From assembly GCA_025356015.1 (NCBI GenBank), contig JANXYO010000119.1, positions 22,033 through 46,032 on the forward strand: a stretch of 24,000 nucleotides of DNA. The letters are read 5' to 3'. The DNA is from Spirochaetaceae bacterium. Its GTDB lineage: Bacteria; Spirochaetota; Spirochaetia; Treponematales; Rectinemataceae. A model generated the notes under the pieces. The model did not search any database, was not told the origin of the DNA, and saw nothing but the letters and a program-made list of their open reading frames with translations. How positions within the stretch are numbered: position 1 is the stretch's first letter; each line of letters opens with the position of its first letter. Below are positions 9,133 to 16,171 of the stretch, in pieces. The position numbers and the translations under genes are program-made.

Positions 9133-9678
9133 ATGGCACTCAAGGCCACGGTCTTCAAAGCCGCCCTCCAGGTGGCAGACCTCGACCGGCACTATTACGC
9201 CGAGCACAGGCTCACCCTCGCGCGCGACAGCTCGGAGACCGATGAGCGCATGATGGTGAGAATCCTGGCCTTCGCCCTCAATGCCGGTGAGGATCTTCTT
9301 ATCACGAGCGACATGAGCGAGACCGAGGAGCCGAGCCTGTGGAGGAAGGACCTCGACGGGCGCATACGGCTGTGGATCGAGGTGGGCCTGCCCGAGCCAA
9401 GGCGTCTCAAGAAGGCGGCCGGCAGGTCAGACCAGGTCCTCCTCTACCTCTACCACGGCCGCCAGGCGCGGCTGTGGTGGGAGGGGAACCGGGCCGAACT
9501 CGAGGGCATCCGTGGCCTCAAGGTCCTCGAGATCGACCAGGAATCGGTACGCGCCCTCGCGGCCCTCGCCCAGAAGACCATGGACCTCCAGGTGACCATC
9601 CAGGATGGCCAGCCGAGCCTGGCCCACGAAGGGGGCATGGTCGAGATACACCTCGCACGGCTGCTTCCGATCATCTAA
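9133..9678 (+). CDS. yaeQ: YaeQ-family protein
   Basis: MALKATVFKAALQVADLDRHYYAEHRLTLARDSSETDERMMVRILAFALNA is the characteristic YaeQ N-terminus. The ATG at 9133 lies 2 nt after the flavodoxin stop. The track's 9106 start would add 9 aa that overlap the upstream gene. Confidence 0.8.
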   Translation: MALKATVFKAALQVADLDRHYYAEHRLTLARDSSETDERMMVRILAFALNAGEDLLITSDMSETEEPSLWRKDLDGRIRLWIEVGLPEPRRLKKAAGRSDQVLLYLYHGRQARLWWEGNRAELEGIRGLKVLEIDQESVRALAALAQKTMDLQVTIQDGQPSLAHEGGMVEIHLARLLPII

Positions 9679-9706
9679 CCGCCACGACATAGTTCCCAAT
9701 AATCGA

Positions 9707-9743
9707 AAAGCCGGAGGAAGCAGTGACGCTTTTCCCCCGGCTT
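9707..9743 (-). terminator. intrinsic terminator hairpin (AOR operon; may also serve the convergent yaeQ)
   Basis: Minus-strand RNA AAGCCGGGGGAAAAGC-GUCACU-GCUUCCUCCGGCUU forms a stem of about 14 bp with an AA bulge, followed by UUUUCGAUUAUU. It lies between the convergent stops at 9678 and 9778. Confidence 0.55.
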
Positions 9744-9755
9744 ATCCTAAGACGC

Positions 9756-9770
9756 CTCCCCCTCGGGGAG
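9756..9770 (-). terminator. short GC hairpin just after the AOR stop
   Basis: CTCCCC-ctc-GGGGAG: 6-bp stem, 3-nt loop, no U-tract of its own. Confidence 0.3.
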
Positions 9771-9777
9771 TGCCAAT

Positions 9778-11928
9778 CTACACGTGTTTTTCCACGACGG
9801 CCAGCACCTCTCCAAGATCCATGCCGATCTTCTTCAGATGCTCCGGAGTCGGCACCCCGTCCTGAGTCCAGCCTCGGCGCTTGAAGACCGCGTCGATCAG
9901 AGATTCGTACTGGGCCTCGCGGTGCTTGCGCATCGCCGCGATCTTGTCCGAGGTCGCCATGCCCGCGGGGTCGATGCCCACCTTCTCCTTGAGCTGCTTG
10001 TCATAGCGCTCGGCTCGGGAGAGGTACTCGTCCTCGGTGACAGGGCCCATGGCGCGGTAGGGCGGATAGTCGTCCACGCGTTTGCCGTGGCCAAGGCGGA
10101 GGTTGAACACCCGCTGGAAGTTGTAGACCCTCTCGCTCTGCCGGATCATGCCTTCCCAGTCGAGGCTTTCCCCGGTGATGGCCGTGTAGAGCTCGCGGTA
10201 GTTGTCGACGTGCTCGGGCACCTTGTTGGGCTCGCTCCATTTCTTGTTGTCGGCCGGCTCGACATCGTTCCAGGGAAGCTTGCAGAGTCCCTGAAGGCCG
10301 AACCAGGTGCGGAACATGGGGAAGTAGTGCAGGGCCTCGGCCTTGTTCTCGAAGGTCGGGATGCGGTTGTTCACCATGTCCATGAAGATCACCCAGGCCT
10401 CGTCGTGCTGGGGTCCCTTGTTCGTGAGGTAATAGCCGCCCTGCTGGGCGAGGGATTCCTTGGAGATGTACTCGCTCTGCTCGAGGCCCTTGCCGTGCAG
10501 GGCGATGTCCTTCATGAGCTGCCTGTCGGCACCGAACTCCCTGGTGAAGTGCTCGGCGAGGAACTTGACGCCCTTACCCATGAGGAGGCCGAAGCCTCGG
10601 CCCTCGGCCAGCTGGTGCATGAGCTCGCAGACCGCCTGCCAGTTGCCCCAGCGCAGGTCTATGCCGCCTGTCCTTTGGGCATTGAGGATGCCGAGCTCCC
10701 AGCACTCCATGAGGAAGCCGCAGGTGGTGCCCACGGAGATCGTGTCGATGCCGTAGGTGTCGCAGTAGAAGTTGATCTCGAGGATGCCGTGGGGGTCCCA
10801 GACGTAGAGGTTCGAGCCACAGCCCGCGGCGGTCTCGTACTCGGGTCCGTCGACGCAGACCTTCTGGCCCTTGTATGGCCCGGTCTCGAGCTCGAACTGG
10901 TCAACGGCATGGGCGCAGGCCATGGTGCAGCCGAACCAGCAGCCGTCGGGGAGGTCCTGGGAGAAGAGCTTCTCCCAGACCCAGGAGGCGATCTCGGGGC
11001 CGCGGGGGTCCTGGCCGTACTTGTGGTTCTTCGTGGGCAGGAGGTCGTAGTCGTTCATGACCTCCATGAGGTGGGCCGTGCCCTGCTTGCGCATCTTGCA
11101 CTGCTTGTCGTCGTTGACGATGATCTCGCGGTGCAGCTTGAGGCCGATGCGCTGGACGGCCGCGGGATCGGCGGCGTCGTTGGAGTTCTGCTCCACGCCA
11201 CGGTAGCGTCCCACGATGGCGCGGATCTTCTTGTTCCGGAGCACGCTGCCGATGCCGCCGCGGCCCGCCTGCTTGACGCGGCAGCCTTTGCGGCGCTTGT
11301 CGAAAAGGGAGAAATTGAGGACACCCATGGGGCTGTGGTCTGCCCCCCGTCCCGCTGATACAACCGAGACCGACTGGAGGTCCTGCTCGTCCTTGGCGAA
11401 GGCTCTGGTGAGGGCCTCGGCGAGGAGGTGGCTGTCCTCGGGCAGGGAGGAGGGGGCCTCGTAGAACTGGACGAGACCCTCGTTGCCATCGATGAAGACT
11501 ATCGTCTCGCGGTCCGCCTTGCCCTGGATCTCGAGGGCGTCGAAGCCCGAGAACTTGAGGTAGGGCCCGAAATAGCCACCGACGTTCGAGTCGATGGGAA
11601 CCCCTGTCATCGGGGAGATGGAGACGACAAGGCTCTTGCCCGAGCCGGGATAGTTGGTGTTCCCGCAGACGGGGCCCATCGCGATCACGATCTCGTTCTC
11701 GGGGCTGTCCCATTTGGTCTCAGGCTTTGTGCCGTCCCAGAGCAGCTTGAGGCCGAAGCCCTTGCCGCCAATGAAGCGCTGCTTCATGTCCTCTGAGACG
11801 GTCTTCTGCTTCGCCGTGCGCGTTCCCACGTCGACGTGGAGGGTCCTCATGTTGTAACCGCGCCTGACCGCGCCCTTCTCGTAGCGCCACTCTGACAGGA
11901 GGGGAAAGTCCTTCTTGGTCGGGCTCAT
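9778..11928 (-). CDS. aor: aldehyde:ferredoxin oxidoreductase family (tungsto/molybdo-pterin) catalytic subunit, long (~716 aa) form
   Basis: The N-terminal domain pattern (MRTLHVDVGTRTAKQKTVSEDMKQRFIGGKGFGLKLLWD...SGFDALEIQGKA) and the overall sequence match the AOR family. Cys-rich DGCWFGCTMACAH region. I prefer start ATG 11928: GAGGAG lies 6 nt upstream and there is an ATGA overlap with the ferredoxin stop. The track's 12003 start would run through the ferredoxin gene. Confidence 0.9.
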   Translation of the reverse strand: MSPTKKDFPLLSEWRYEKGAVRRGYNMRTLHVDVGTRTAKQKTVSEDMKQRFIGGKGFGLKLLWDGTKPETKWDSPENEIVIAMGPVCGNTNYPGSGKSLVVSISPMTGVPIDSNVGGYFGPYLKFSGFDALEIQGKADRETIVFIDGNEGLVQFYEAPSSLPEDSHLLAEALTRAFAKDEQDLQSVSVVSAGRGADHSPMGVLNFSLFDKRRKGCRVKQAGRGGIGSVLRNKKIRAIVGRYRGVEQNSNDAADPAAVQRIGLKLHREIIVNDDKQCKMRKQGTAHLMEVMNDYDLLPTKNHKYGQDPRGPEIASWVWEKLFSQDLPDGCWFGCTMACAHAVDQFELETGPYKGQKVCVDGPEYETAAGCGSNLYVWDPHGILEINFYCDTYGIDTISVGTTCGFLMECWELGILNAQRTGGIDLRWGNWQAVCELMHQLAEGRGFGLLMGKGVKFLAEHFTREFGADRQLMKDIALHGKGLEQSEYISKESLAQQGGYYLTNKGPQHDEAWVIFMDMVNNRIPTFENKAEALHYFPMFRTWFGLQGLCKLPWNDVEPADNKKWSEPNKVPEHVDNYRELYTAITGESLDWEGMIRQSERVYNFQRVFNLRLGHGKRVDDYPPYRAMGPVTEDEYLSRAERYDKQLKEKVGIDPAGMATSDKIAAMRKHREAQYESLIDAVFKRRGWTQDGVPTPEHLKKIGMDLGEVLAVVEKHV

Positions 11929-12329
11929 ACACGCTCCTCTTTGGTGGCGATTTCCAGAGCCTGCTTGGGGCAGGTCTTCACGCAGGCGCCGCAGGCTATG
12001 CACTTGAAGGGGTTCTTGCCGCCGGGATAGTAGCGCATGGCCTCAATTGGGCAGACCGCCACGCATGCCAGGCAGCCCACGCAGAGCTTCTTGTCGATCA
12101 TCACGACGCCCGTCTTGTTGACGCTGATCGCCTGGGTGGGGCACTCGGCGACGCACTTGCGGCATTCCTGGTCGCAGGCGATGAGGTGGAAGGCGCCCTT
12201 CCCGAGCCCGTTCACCTGGATGGCGGACTTGGCGGGGTTTCCCTCTTTGAAGTAGAGCTTGGAGCAGACCGCGGTGCAGGTCGTGCACCCGACGCATTTC
12301 TCGTCGATGGTCTTGAGATACTTGATCAC
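11925..12329 (-). CDS. polyferredoxin with four Cys-cluster motifs (AOR electron-transfer subunit, AorA/YdhY-like)
   Basis: 134 aa with CVGCTTCTAVC, CDQECRKCVAECP, CVGCLACVAVCP and CIACGACVKTCP. GTG start at 12329 is preceded by GGAGG. Confidence 0.9.
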   Translation of the reverse strand: MIKYLKTIDEKCVGCTTCTAVCSKLYFKEGNPAKSAIQVNGLGKGAFHLIACDQECRKCVAECPTQAISVNKTGVVMIDKKLCVGCLACVAVCPIEAMRYYPGGKNPFKCIACGACVKTCPKQALEIATKEERV

Positions 12330-12443
12330 GGCGGAGACCTCCTGTGGTTCACTGCCGGGTCATTGCGGGACACCGGGACCGGCTCCATCCCGAGAGCTGG
12401 TACTCGCCTCTGTGCTGGCACCTGCGGCAACGGAATGTGTGGG

Positions 12444-12455
12444 CTGATATATCAG
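12444..12455. promoter_or_regulatory. perfect 12-bp palindrome CTGATATATCAG at the predicted transcription start of the fdx-AOR operon
   Basis: The sequence is self-complementary as read directly. It overlaps the last 2 nt of the -10 hexamer (12454-12459) and the expected +1 on the minus strand. Confidence 0.4.
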
Positions 12456-12482
12456 TATAGCCCAGATTCGGGATTTCCGCAA
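12454..12482 (-). promoter_or_regulatory. sigma70-like promoter for the fdx-AOR operon
   Basis: Minus strand reads TTGCGG-(17 nt)-TATACT. This implies a leader of about 115-120 nt before the GTG at 12329. Confidence 0.45.
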
Positions 12483-12512
12483 CCGTGAAGATGGCCATCC
12501 GGCCCTGCGCGC

Positions 12513-14366
12513 CTAGGCCGGGAAGCTTATGAGGGTCCGCGTACCCCCGTGGTCGGATTCGATCTCCAGGTCGCCCTTGAGCTGGTCGGCAAGGCCGGGG
12601 ACGAGCTGTGAACCCAGGCCTTCCTTCCCCTGTTCGGGACGTCCCGGCGCCGCAGCCGGGATGCCGATCCCGTCGTCCGAGACCAGCAGGAGGAAGCGGT
12701 CCCCCGACCTTCCCAGGGAGACCTCGACCCTGCCGCCCGCCCTTCCCTCGAAGGCGTGCTTGAGGGAGTTGGTGACCAGCTCGCTGACGATGAGACCGCA
12801 GGGCAGGGCGCGGTCGAGGGAGAGTTCTATCTCGGCTGCTCTCACATGGACCTCGGTGGAGCCGCCCGGACGGCCCGCCGAATGAAGGGAATCGCAGACC
12901 CTGCCCAAATACTCGTCCATGCGCACCGCCCTGAAATCCCCCGAGCGGTAGAGGTCCTCGTGGACGAAGGCCATGGCCTGGATCCTGTCCTGCACGTATT
13001 CGATCGATTCCCGGAAATCGAGGTCCTCGGAGAGGCTGCCCTGGAGGCTCAGGATGCTCGAAACGATCTGGAGGTTGTTCTTCACCCGGTGGTGGATCTC
13101 CTTGAGCAGGATTTCCTTATCGGCGAGGGAGGCCTTCAGTGTGGTGAAGCCCTCGTTGAGCCGCGCGCTCATCCCAACGAAGGCCGACGCGAGCTGGCCG
13201 ATCTCGTCGGAGCGCAGGGCGATGCGTTCCGCCTTTGAAAGGTCGGCCATCGAGGGAAGCCGCATGGGGAGGGAGGGGGAACCAGGCTCAAGCAGGGCGA
13301 TGGCGTCGCCCAGCTCGCGCAGGGGACCGGACACCCGGCCGGCGGCCAGGAAGGCGATGAGGAGGACCAGGCTGAGCATGACCACCAGGACGATCAGGGC
13401 CTTCCGGTCGAGGGCCTCGAGGGGGGCATAGAACATGGATTCGGGAAGGGCCACCACTACCCGCCAGGATAGCTCCCAGGGCCCGGTCCAGTCGCGGACG
13501 ACGGCGCGGTATCGGAACCGGCCATCCTTCAGGGTAAAGGCCGAGCCCGTCGGGAGCCTTGATGATTCCCTGAAGGTGAGGGCGGCGAGGCCCCCGCCCT
13601 CGGCCGCCATACGGCGCGAGCCCGAGGCTTCGACGAGGGAGGAAAAATCCGAGGAGGCCAGGAGATGACCGTCTCTGTCGGCGATCGCGGCGATTCCCGA
13701 TCGCGCCGTCTCCATCCTGGAGAGGTAGGCCGAGAGACGGCCCAGGGTCACGTTTGCCGTCGTCACCGCGAAAAGCTTTCCCTCGCCGTACACGGGGCTT
13801 ACGGCCGTCATGCTCAGCTCGCGTGACGAGACCATCGGATAGGGTTCCGTCCAGCTGGTTTTCCCTGCCTCACGGGCCCTCTGGAACCAGGGCCGGGCCC
13901 TCGGGTCGTAGCCGGCATGCCGCATCACGACGTAGTCCGGATTGCCATGGATGTCAGCTGTCTCGAGAACGAGGTCCCCGCCCTTGGCCGGATCGGCCTC
14001 GCCGACGTGGATCAGGCCGCCCGAGACGCGCTGGGCCTCGGCATATCGGCCGTCCGAGAATCCCACGCTGGCCAAGTCGACATCGTCCCGCGCCTGGAGC
14101 TCCCGGTAAAAGAGGCGCTGGAGCGATAGCAGAGCTGCCCTGGAATCGCTGATCTCGGCAATCTGGGCGGCGTTCGCCTCGGAGAGGGCCACGGAGCCCG
14201 CAAGAAACTCGCTGATACTCTCGCTCGCCCTCGCCGCCGATTCCGCCAGCAGCAGATCGACAGTGCCCAGCACCGCGCTGCGTGAACCTTCAAGATAGAG
14301 GAGCCAGCCGGCTCCGAATCCCATGACGATCAGGATGACGTAGGGTATGAGGATAGTCCGTTTCAT
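12513..14366 (-). CDS. sensor histidine kinase: periplasmic Cache-like domain, HAMP, HisKA_2-type H-box, HATPase
   Basis: TM1 is ILIPYVILIVMGFGAGWLLYL. It is followed by an extracytoplasmic region of about 300 aa, then TM2 (LIVLVVMLSLVLLIAFLAAG). The H-box is LLKEIHHRVKNNLQIVSSILSLQ. The ATPase motifs are ELVTNSLKHAF, VSDDGIGIP and GLGSQLV. I prefer start ATG 14366 (MKRT...), but ATG 14426 is possible. Confidence 0.88.
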   Translation of the reverse strand: MKRTILIPYVILIVMGFGAGWLLYLEGSRSAVLGTVDLLLAESAARASESISEFLAGSVALSEANAAQIAEISDSRAALLSLQRLFYRELQARDDVDLASVGFSDGRYAEAQRVSGGLIHVGEADPAKGGDLVLETADIHGNPDYVVMRHAGYDPRARPWFQRAREAGKTSWTEPYPMVSSRELSMTAVSPVYGEGKLFAVTTANVTLGRLSAYLSRMETARSGIAAIADRDGHLLASSDFSSLVEASGSRRMAAEGGGLAALTFRESSRLPTGSAFTLKDGRFRYRAVVRDWTGPWELSWRVVVALPESMFYAPLEALDRKALIVLVVMLSLVLLIAFLAAGRVSGPLRELGDAIALLEPGSPSLPMRLPSMADLSKAERIALRSDEIGQLASAFVGMSARLNEGFTTLKASLADKEILLKEIHHRVKNNLQIVSSILSLQGSLSEDLDFRESIEYVQDRIQAMAFVHEDLYRSGDFRAVRMDEYLGRVCDSLHSAGRPGGSTEVHVRAAEIELSLDRALPCGLIVSELVTNSLKHAFEGRAGGRVEVSLGRSGDRFLLLVSDDGIGIPAAAPGRPEQGKEGLGSQLVPGLADQLKGDLEIESDHGGTRTLISFPA

Positions 14367-14486
14367 GCCACCGACGCCGAAGAGCCAGGGAAGAAACCCG
14401 CGGAAACGGCGCGGAAGCGGAACCATGAAGGCATACTACCGAAATCGGGCATGAGCTCCTAGGCCGGCCCGGGCAGGTCTGGCCGC

Positions 14487-14516
14487 TTGCGGCGGCAGAA
14501 GCTGGCGAGCTAGACT
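14487..14516 (+). promoter_or_regulatory. sigma70-like promoter for thiS-like gene
   Basis: TTGCGG-(18 nt)-TAGACT. The -10 element ends 6 nt before the GTG at 14523. Confidence 0.4.
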
Positions 14517-14522
14517 CTGCCC

Positions 14523-14726
14523 GTGACCATCACCCTCAATTTCGCTTCGGAGGCCTTCGAGGAAGCCAGCCTCACCGTCTCAGACATCCTCGCGCGCAAG
14601 CACTGGTCCTTTCCCCTCGTCATCGTAAAGGTGAACGGAGAGGTCGTGGAAAGGTCGGCCTACGCGGAACATGTGGTCAAGGATGGAGACGAGGTGGAGG
14701 CCTACCACCTGGTTTCCGGCGGCTGA
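14523..14726 (+). CDS. thiS: ThiS/MoaD-family ubiquitin-like sulfur carrier protein (C-terminal Gly-Gly)
   Basis: 67 aa ending ...VNGEVVERSAYAEHVVKDGDEVEAYHLVSGG-stop. Length, the VNGE...DGD pattern and the terminal GG match ThiS. GTG start. Confidence 0.75.
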   Translation: MTITLNFASEAFEEASLTVSDILARKHWSFPLVIVKVNGEVVERSAYAEHVVKDGDEVEAYHLVSGG

Positions 14727-14778
14727 TGCCAGGAGATGGGATGGAGAAACCCGCAGCCCAGGAGCCCTTGCCGAGACC

Positions 14779-15183
14779 CTAGTTTCGCTCGTAGACCTCG
14801 ACTATCTCGACGCGGTCGCCCAGGGTTATCCGCACTGGACAGGCCTTGCCAGCGGCGACGACCTTCTGGAATTCCTGGTCGGAGACCACACCCATGATCC
14901 TGTAGGTCACCGTGAGGCGCTCAATCCTCCGGGGCGGGGGGCTCATCTCCTTCACCAGATCGAACTCGATGTTCCTGAGGCCGATGCCGTGGTTGGCGGC
15001 GTACATGTTCATGATCGTGGTGGCGCAGGCACCAAGGGAGATGGCGCAGAGGTCGGTGGGCGAGAAGTTGGAGCCATCGCCGCCATTGTCCTTGGGTGCC
15101 ATCGTGTGGATGACGGAGCCGGATTCGTGGATCAGCTCGACGGTGAAGGTGCCGGTGCTCCGGCCGCGCATGGAAACGCTCAT
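14779..15183 (-). CDS. OsmC/Ohr-family protein
   Basis: 134 aa. FSPTDLCAISLGACATT and the C-terminal KACPV motif carry the two conserved Cys of the OsmC fold. GAGGAGG lies upstream of ATG 15183. Confidence 0.8.
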   Translation of the reverse strand: MSVSMRGRSTGTFTVELIHESGSVIHTMAPKDNGGDGSNFSPTDLCAISLGACATTIMNMYAANHGIGLRNIEFDLVKEMSPPPRRIERLTVTYRIMGVVSDQEFQKVVAAGKACPVRITLGDRVEIVEVYERN

Positions 15184-15229
15184 GCCTTGATTCCTCCTCT
15201 TGACCGCCTAGGGGTCGGCGGGAAAGACG

Positions 15230-15258
15230 ATACTAGCATCATTTGCGCCTTCCCGCAG
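15230..15258 (-). promoter_or_regulatory. sigma70-like promoter for the OsmC-family gene
   Basis: Minus strand reads CTGCGG-(17 nt)-TAGTAT, about 40 nt upstream of the start. Confidence 0.35.
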
Positions 15259-15278
15259 CATATCAGGTCAGCTGCGGG
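15252..15278. promoter_or_regulatory. 8-bp perfect inverted repeat CCCGCAGC-N11-GCTGCGGG in the osmC-like/motA divergent region
   Basis: Arms at 15252-15259 and 15271-15278 are exact reverse complements. The left arm overlaps the putative osmC-like -35 element. Confidence 0.4.
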
Positions 15279-15287
15279 GCCTTTGCA

Positions 15288-15295
15288 GCCGATAA
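15288..15295 (+). promoter_or_regulatory. sigma28 (FliA)-type -10 element candidate upstream of motA
   Basis: GCCGATAA matches the flagellar sigma28 -10 consensus 8/8, about 85 nt upstream of the motA ATG. No TAAA-like -35 element is found at the expected 15-nt spacing. Confidence 0.3.
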
Positions 15296-15332
15296 CCTAA
15301 GGGTGAATGACCCGTCTTCGAGGGGCGGCTCC

Positions 15333-15362
15333 TTGCCGCTCCGTTCGGGCGGGACCTATACT
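15333..15362 (+). promoter_or_regulatory. sigma70-like promoter candidate for motAB
   Basis: TTGCCG-(18 nt)-TATACT. The -10 element ends 17 nt before ATG 15380. Confidence 0.35.
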
Positions 15363-15379
15363 ACGGCCAGAGGTACAGC

Positions 15380-16168
15380 ATGAATCTCGCCTCCGTCCTG
15401 GGTATTCCCGTCGGCATCGGCTGCCTCCTCGTAGCCTTCCTGATCGAAGGGGGAAACCCAGCCAGCCTCATCCTTCCCTCGCCCTTCATCATAATATTCG
15501 GGGGCATCACCGGTGCCCTCCTCCTCTCTTTCGACCTGAGCGACGTTCTGAGCATCCCGAGGCTCATCGGTGTGGCCATGCGGATGCCTGCGACCAGGGA
15601 GAAGGATCTCGCCCTCAGGTTCGTGGCCCTGGCAGAGAAGTCCCGGCGCGACGGCCTGCTCTCCCTCGAGGAGGACATGCAGGGCCTGGACGCGAACGAG
15701 GACGCCCTGCTCAAGAAAGGCCTGCGCTACGTCATCGACGGCACAGACTCCGACGCCCTCCACGAGCTCCTGGAGAACGACATCGCCATATTCGAAAAAC
15801 ACCGAAAGCACGAGGTCGAGATCTTCGAAGCCGCTGGCGGCTACTCGCCCACGATGGGCATCATCGGGACGGTCCTTGGCCTGGTCATCGTCCTCTCGAA
15901 GCTCAATGAGCCCGAGAAGCTCGGCGAGTCGATCGCCGTCGCCTTCATCGCCACCCTCCTCGGCATCGCGATGGCCAACCTCGTCCTCCTCCCCCTCGCC
16001 CTCAAGCTCAAGCTCGTGCTTGCCAAGGAAAAGAACGTGAAGGAGATGATCGTCGCCGGCGTCCTCGCGATCCAGCAGGGCGAGAGCCCCAAGCTGGTCG
16101 GCGACAAGCTCGCGGCCTTCGTTTCCGAGAAGGACCGGGCCGCCCTCGAATCCTTCAACGAGGCATAG
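15380..16168 (+). CDS. motA: flagellar motor stator protein MotA (MotA/TolQ/ExbB proton-channel family)
   Basis: 262 aa with four TM segments in a 2+2 arrangement and a large cytoplasmic loop. The C-terminal TM pair (GIIGTVLGLVIV...AFIATLLGIAMANLVLLPLA) is typical of MotA/PomA. Followed by motB. Confidence 0.9.
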   Translation: MNLASVLGIPVGIGCLLVAFLIEGGNPASLILPSPFIIIFGGITGALLLSFDLSDVLSIPRLIGVAMRMPATREKDLALRFVALAEKSRRDGLLSLEEDMQGLDANEDALLKKGLRYVIDGTDSDALHELLENDIAIFEKHRKHEVEIFEAAGGYSPTMGIIGTVLGLVIVLSKLNEPEKLGESIAVAFIATLLGIAMANLVLLPLALKLKLVLAKEKNVKEMIVAGVLAIQQGESPKLVGDKLAAFVSEKDRAALESFNEA

Positions 16169-16171
16169 AAG

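Noticed and set aside
6124-9139. Minus-strand ORFs 6124..6861, 7620..8309 and 8495..9139, antisense to the yjjI/yjjW/flavodoxin genes
   Set aside because: Same shadow-ORF character (Gly/Arg/Ala/Pro-rich, no motifs, no SD or promoter context). The sense-strand genes carry diagnostic motifs.
9784-11358. 524-aa plus-strand ORF antisense to the AOR gene
   Set aside because: Highly repetitive composition (Leu, Val, Gly, Asp, Glu, His, Ala runs) that mirrors AOR codons. No domain signature. The AOR frame is unambiguous.
11929-12003. 5' extensions offered by the ORF track: AOR to 12003, tatA to 19399, fecR-like from 5327, yaeQ from 9106, inactive M16 to 1747
   Set aside because: Each extension overlaps an upstream gene or a divergent start. 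In each case an internal start has an SD or an ATGA overlap and yields the canonical family N-terminus.
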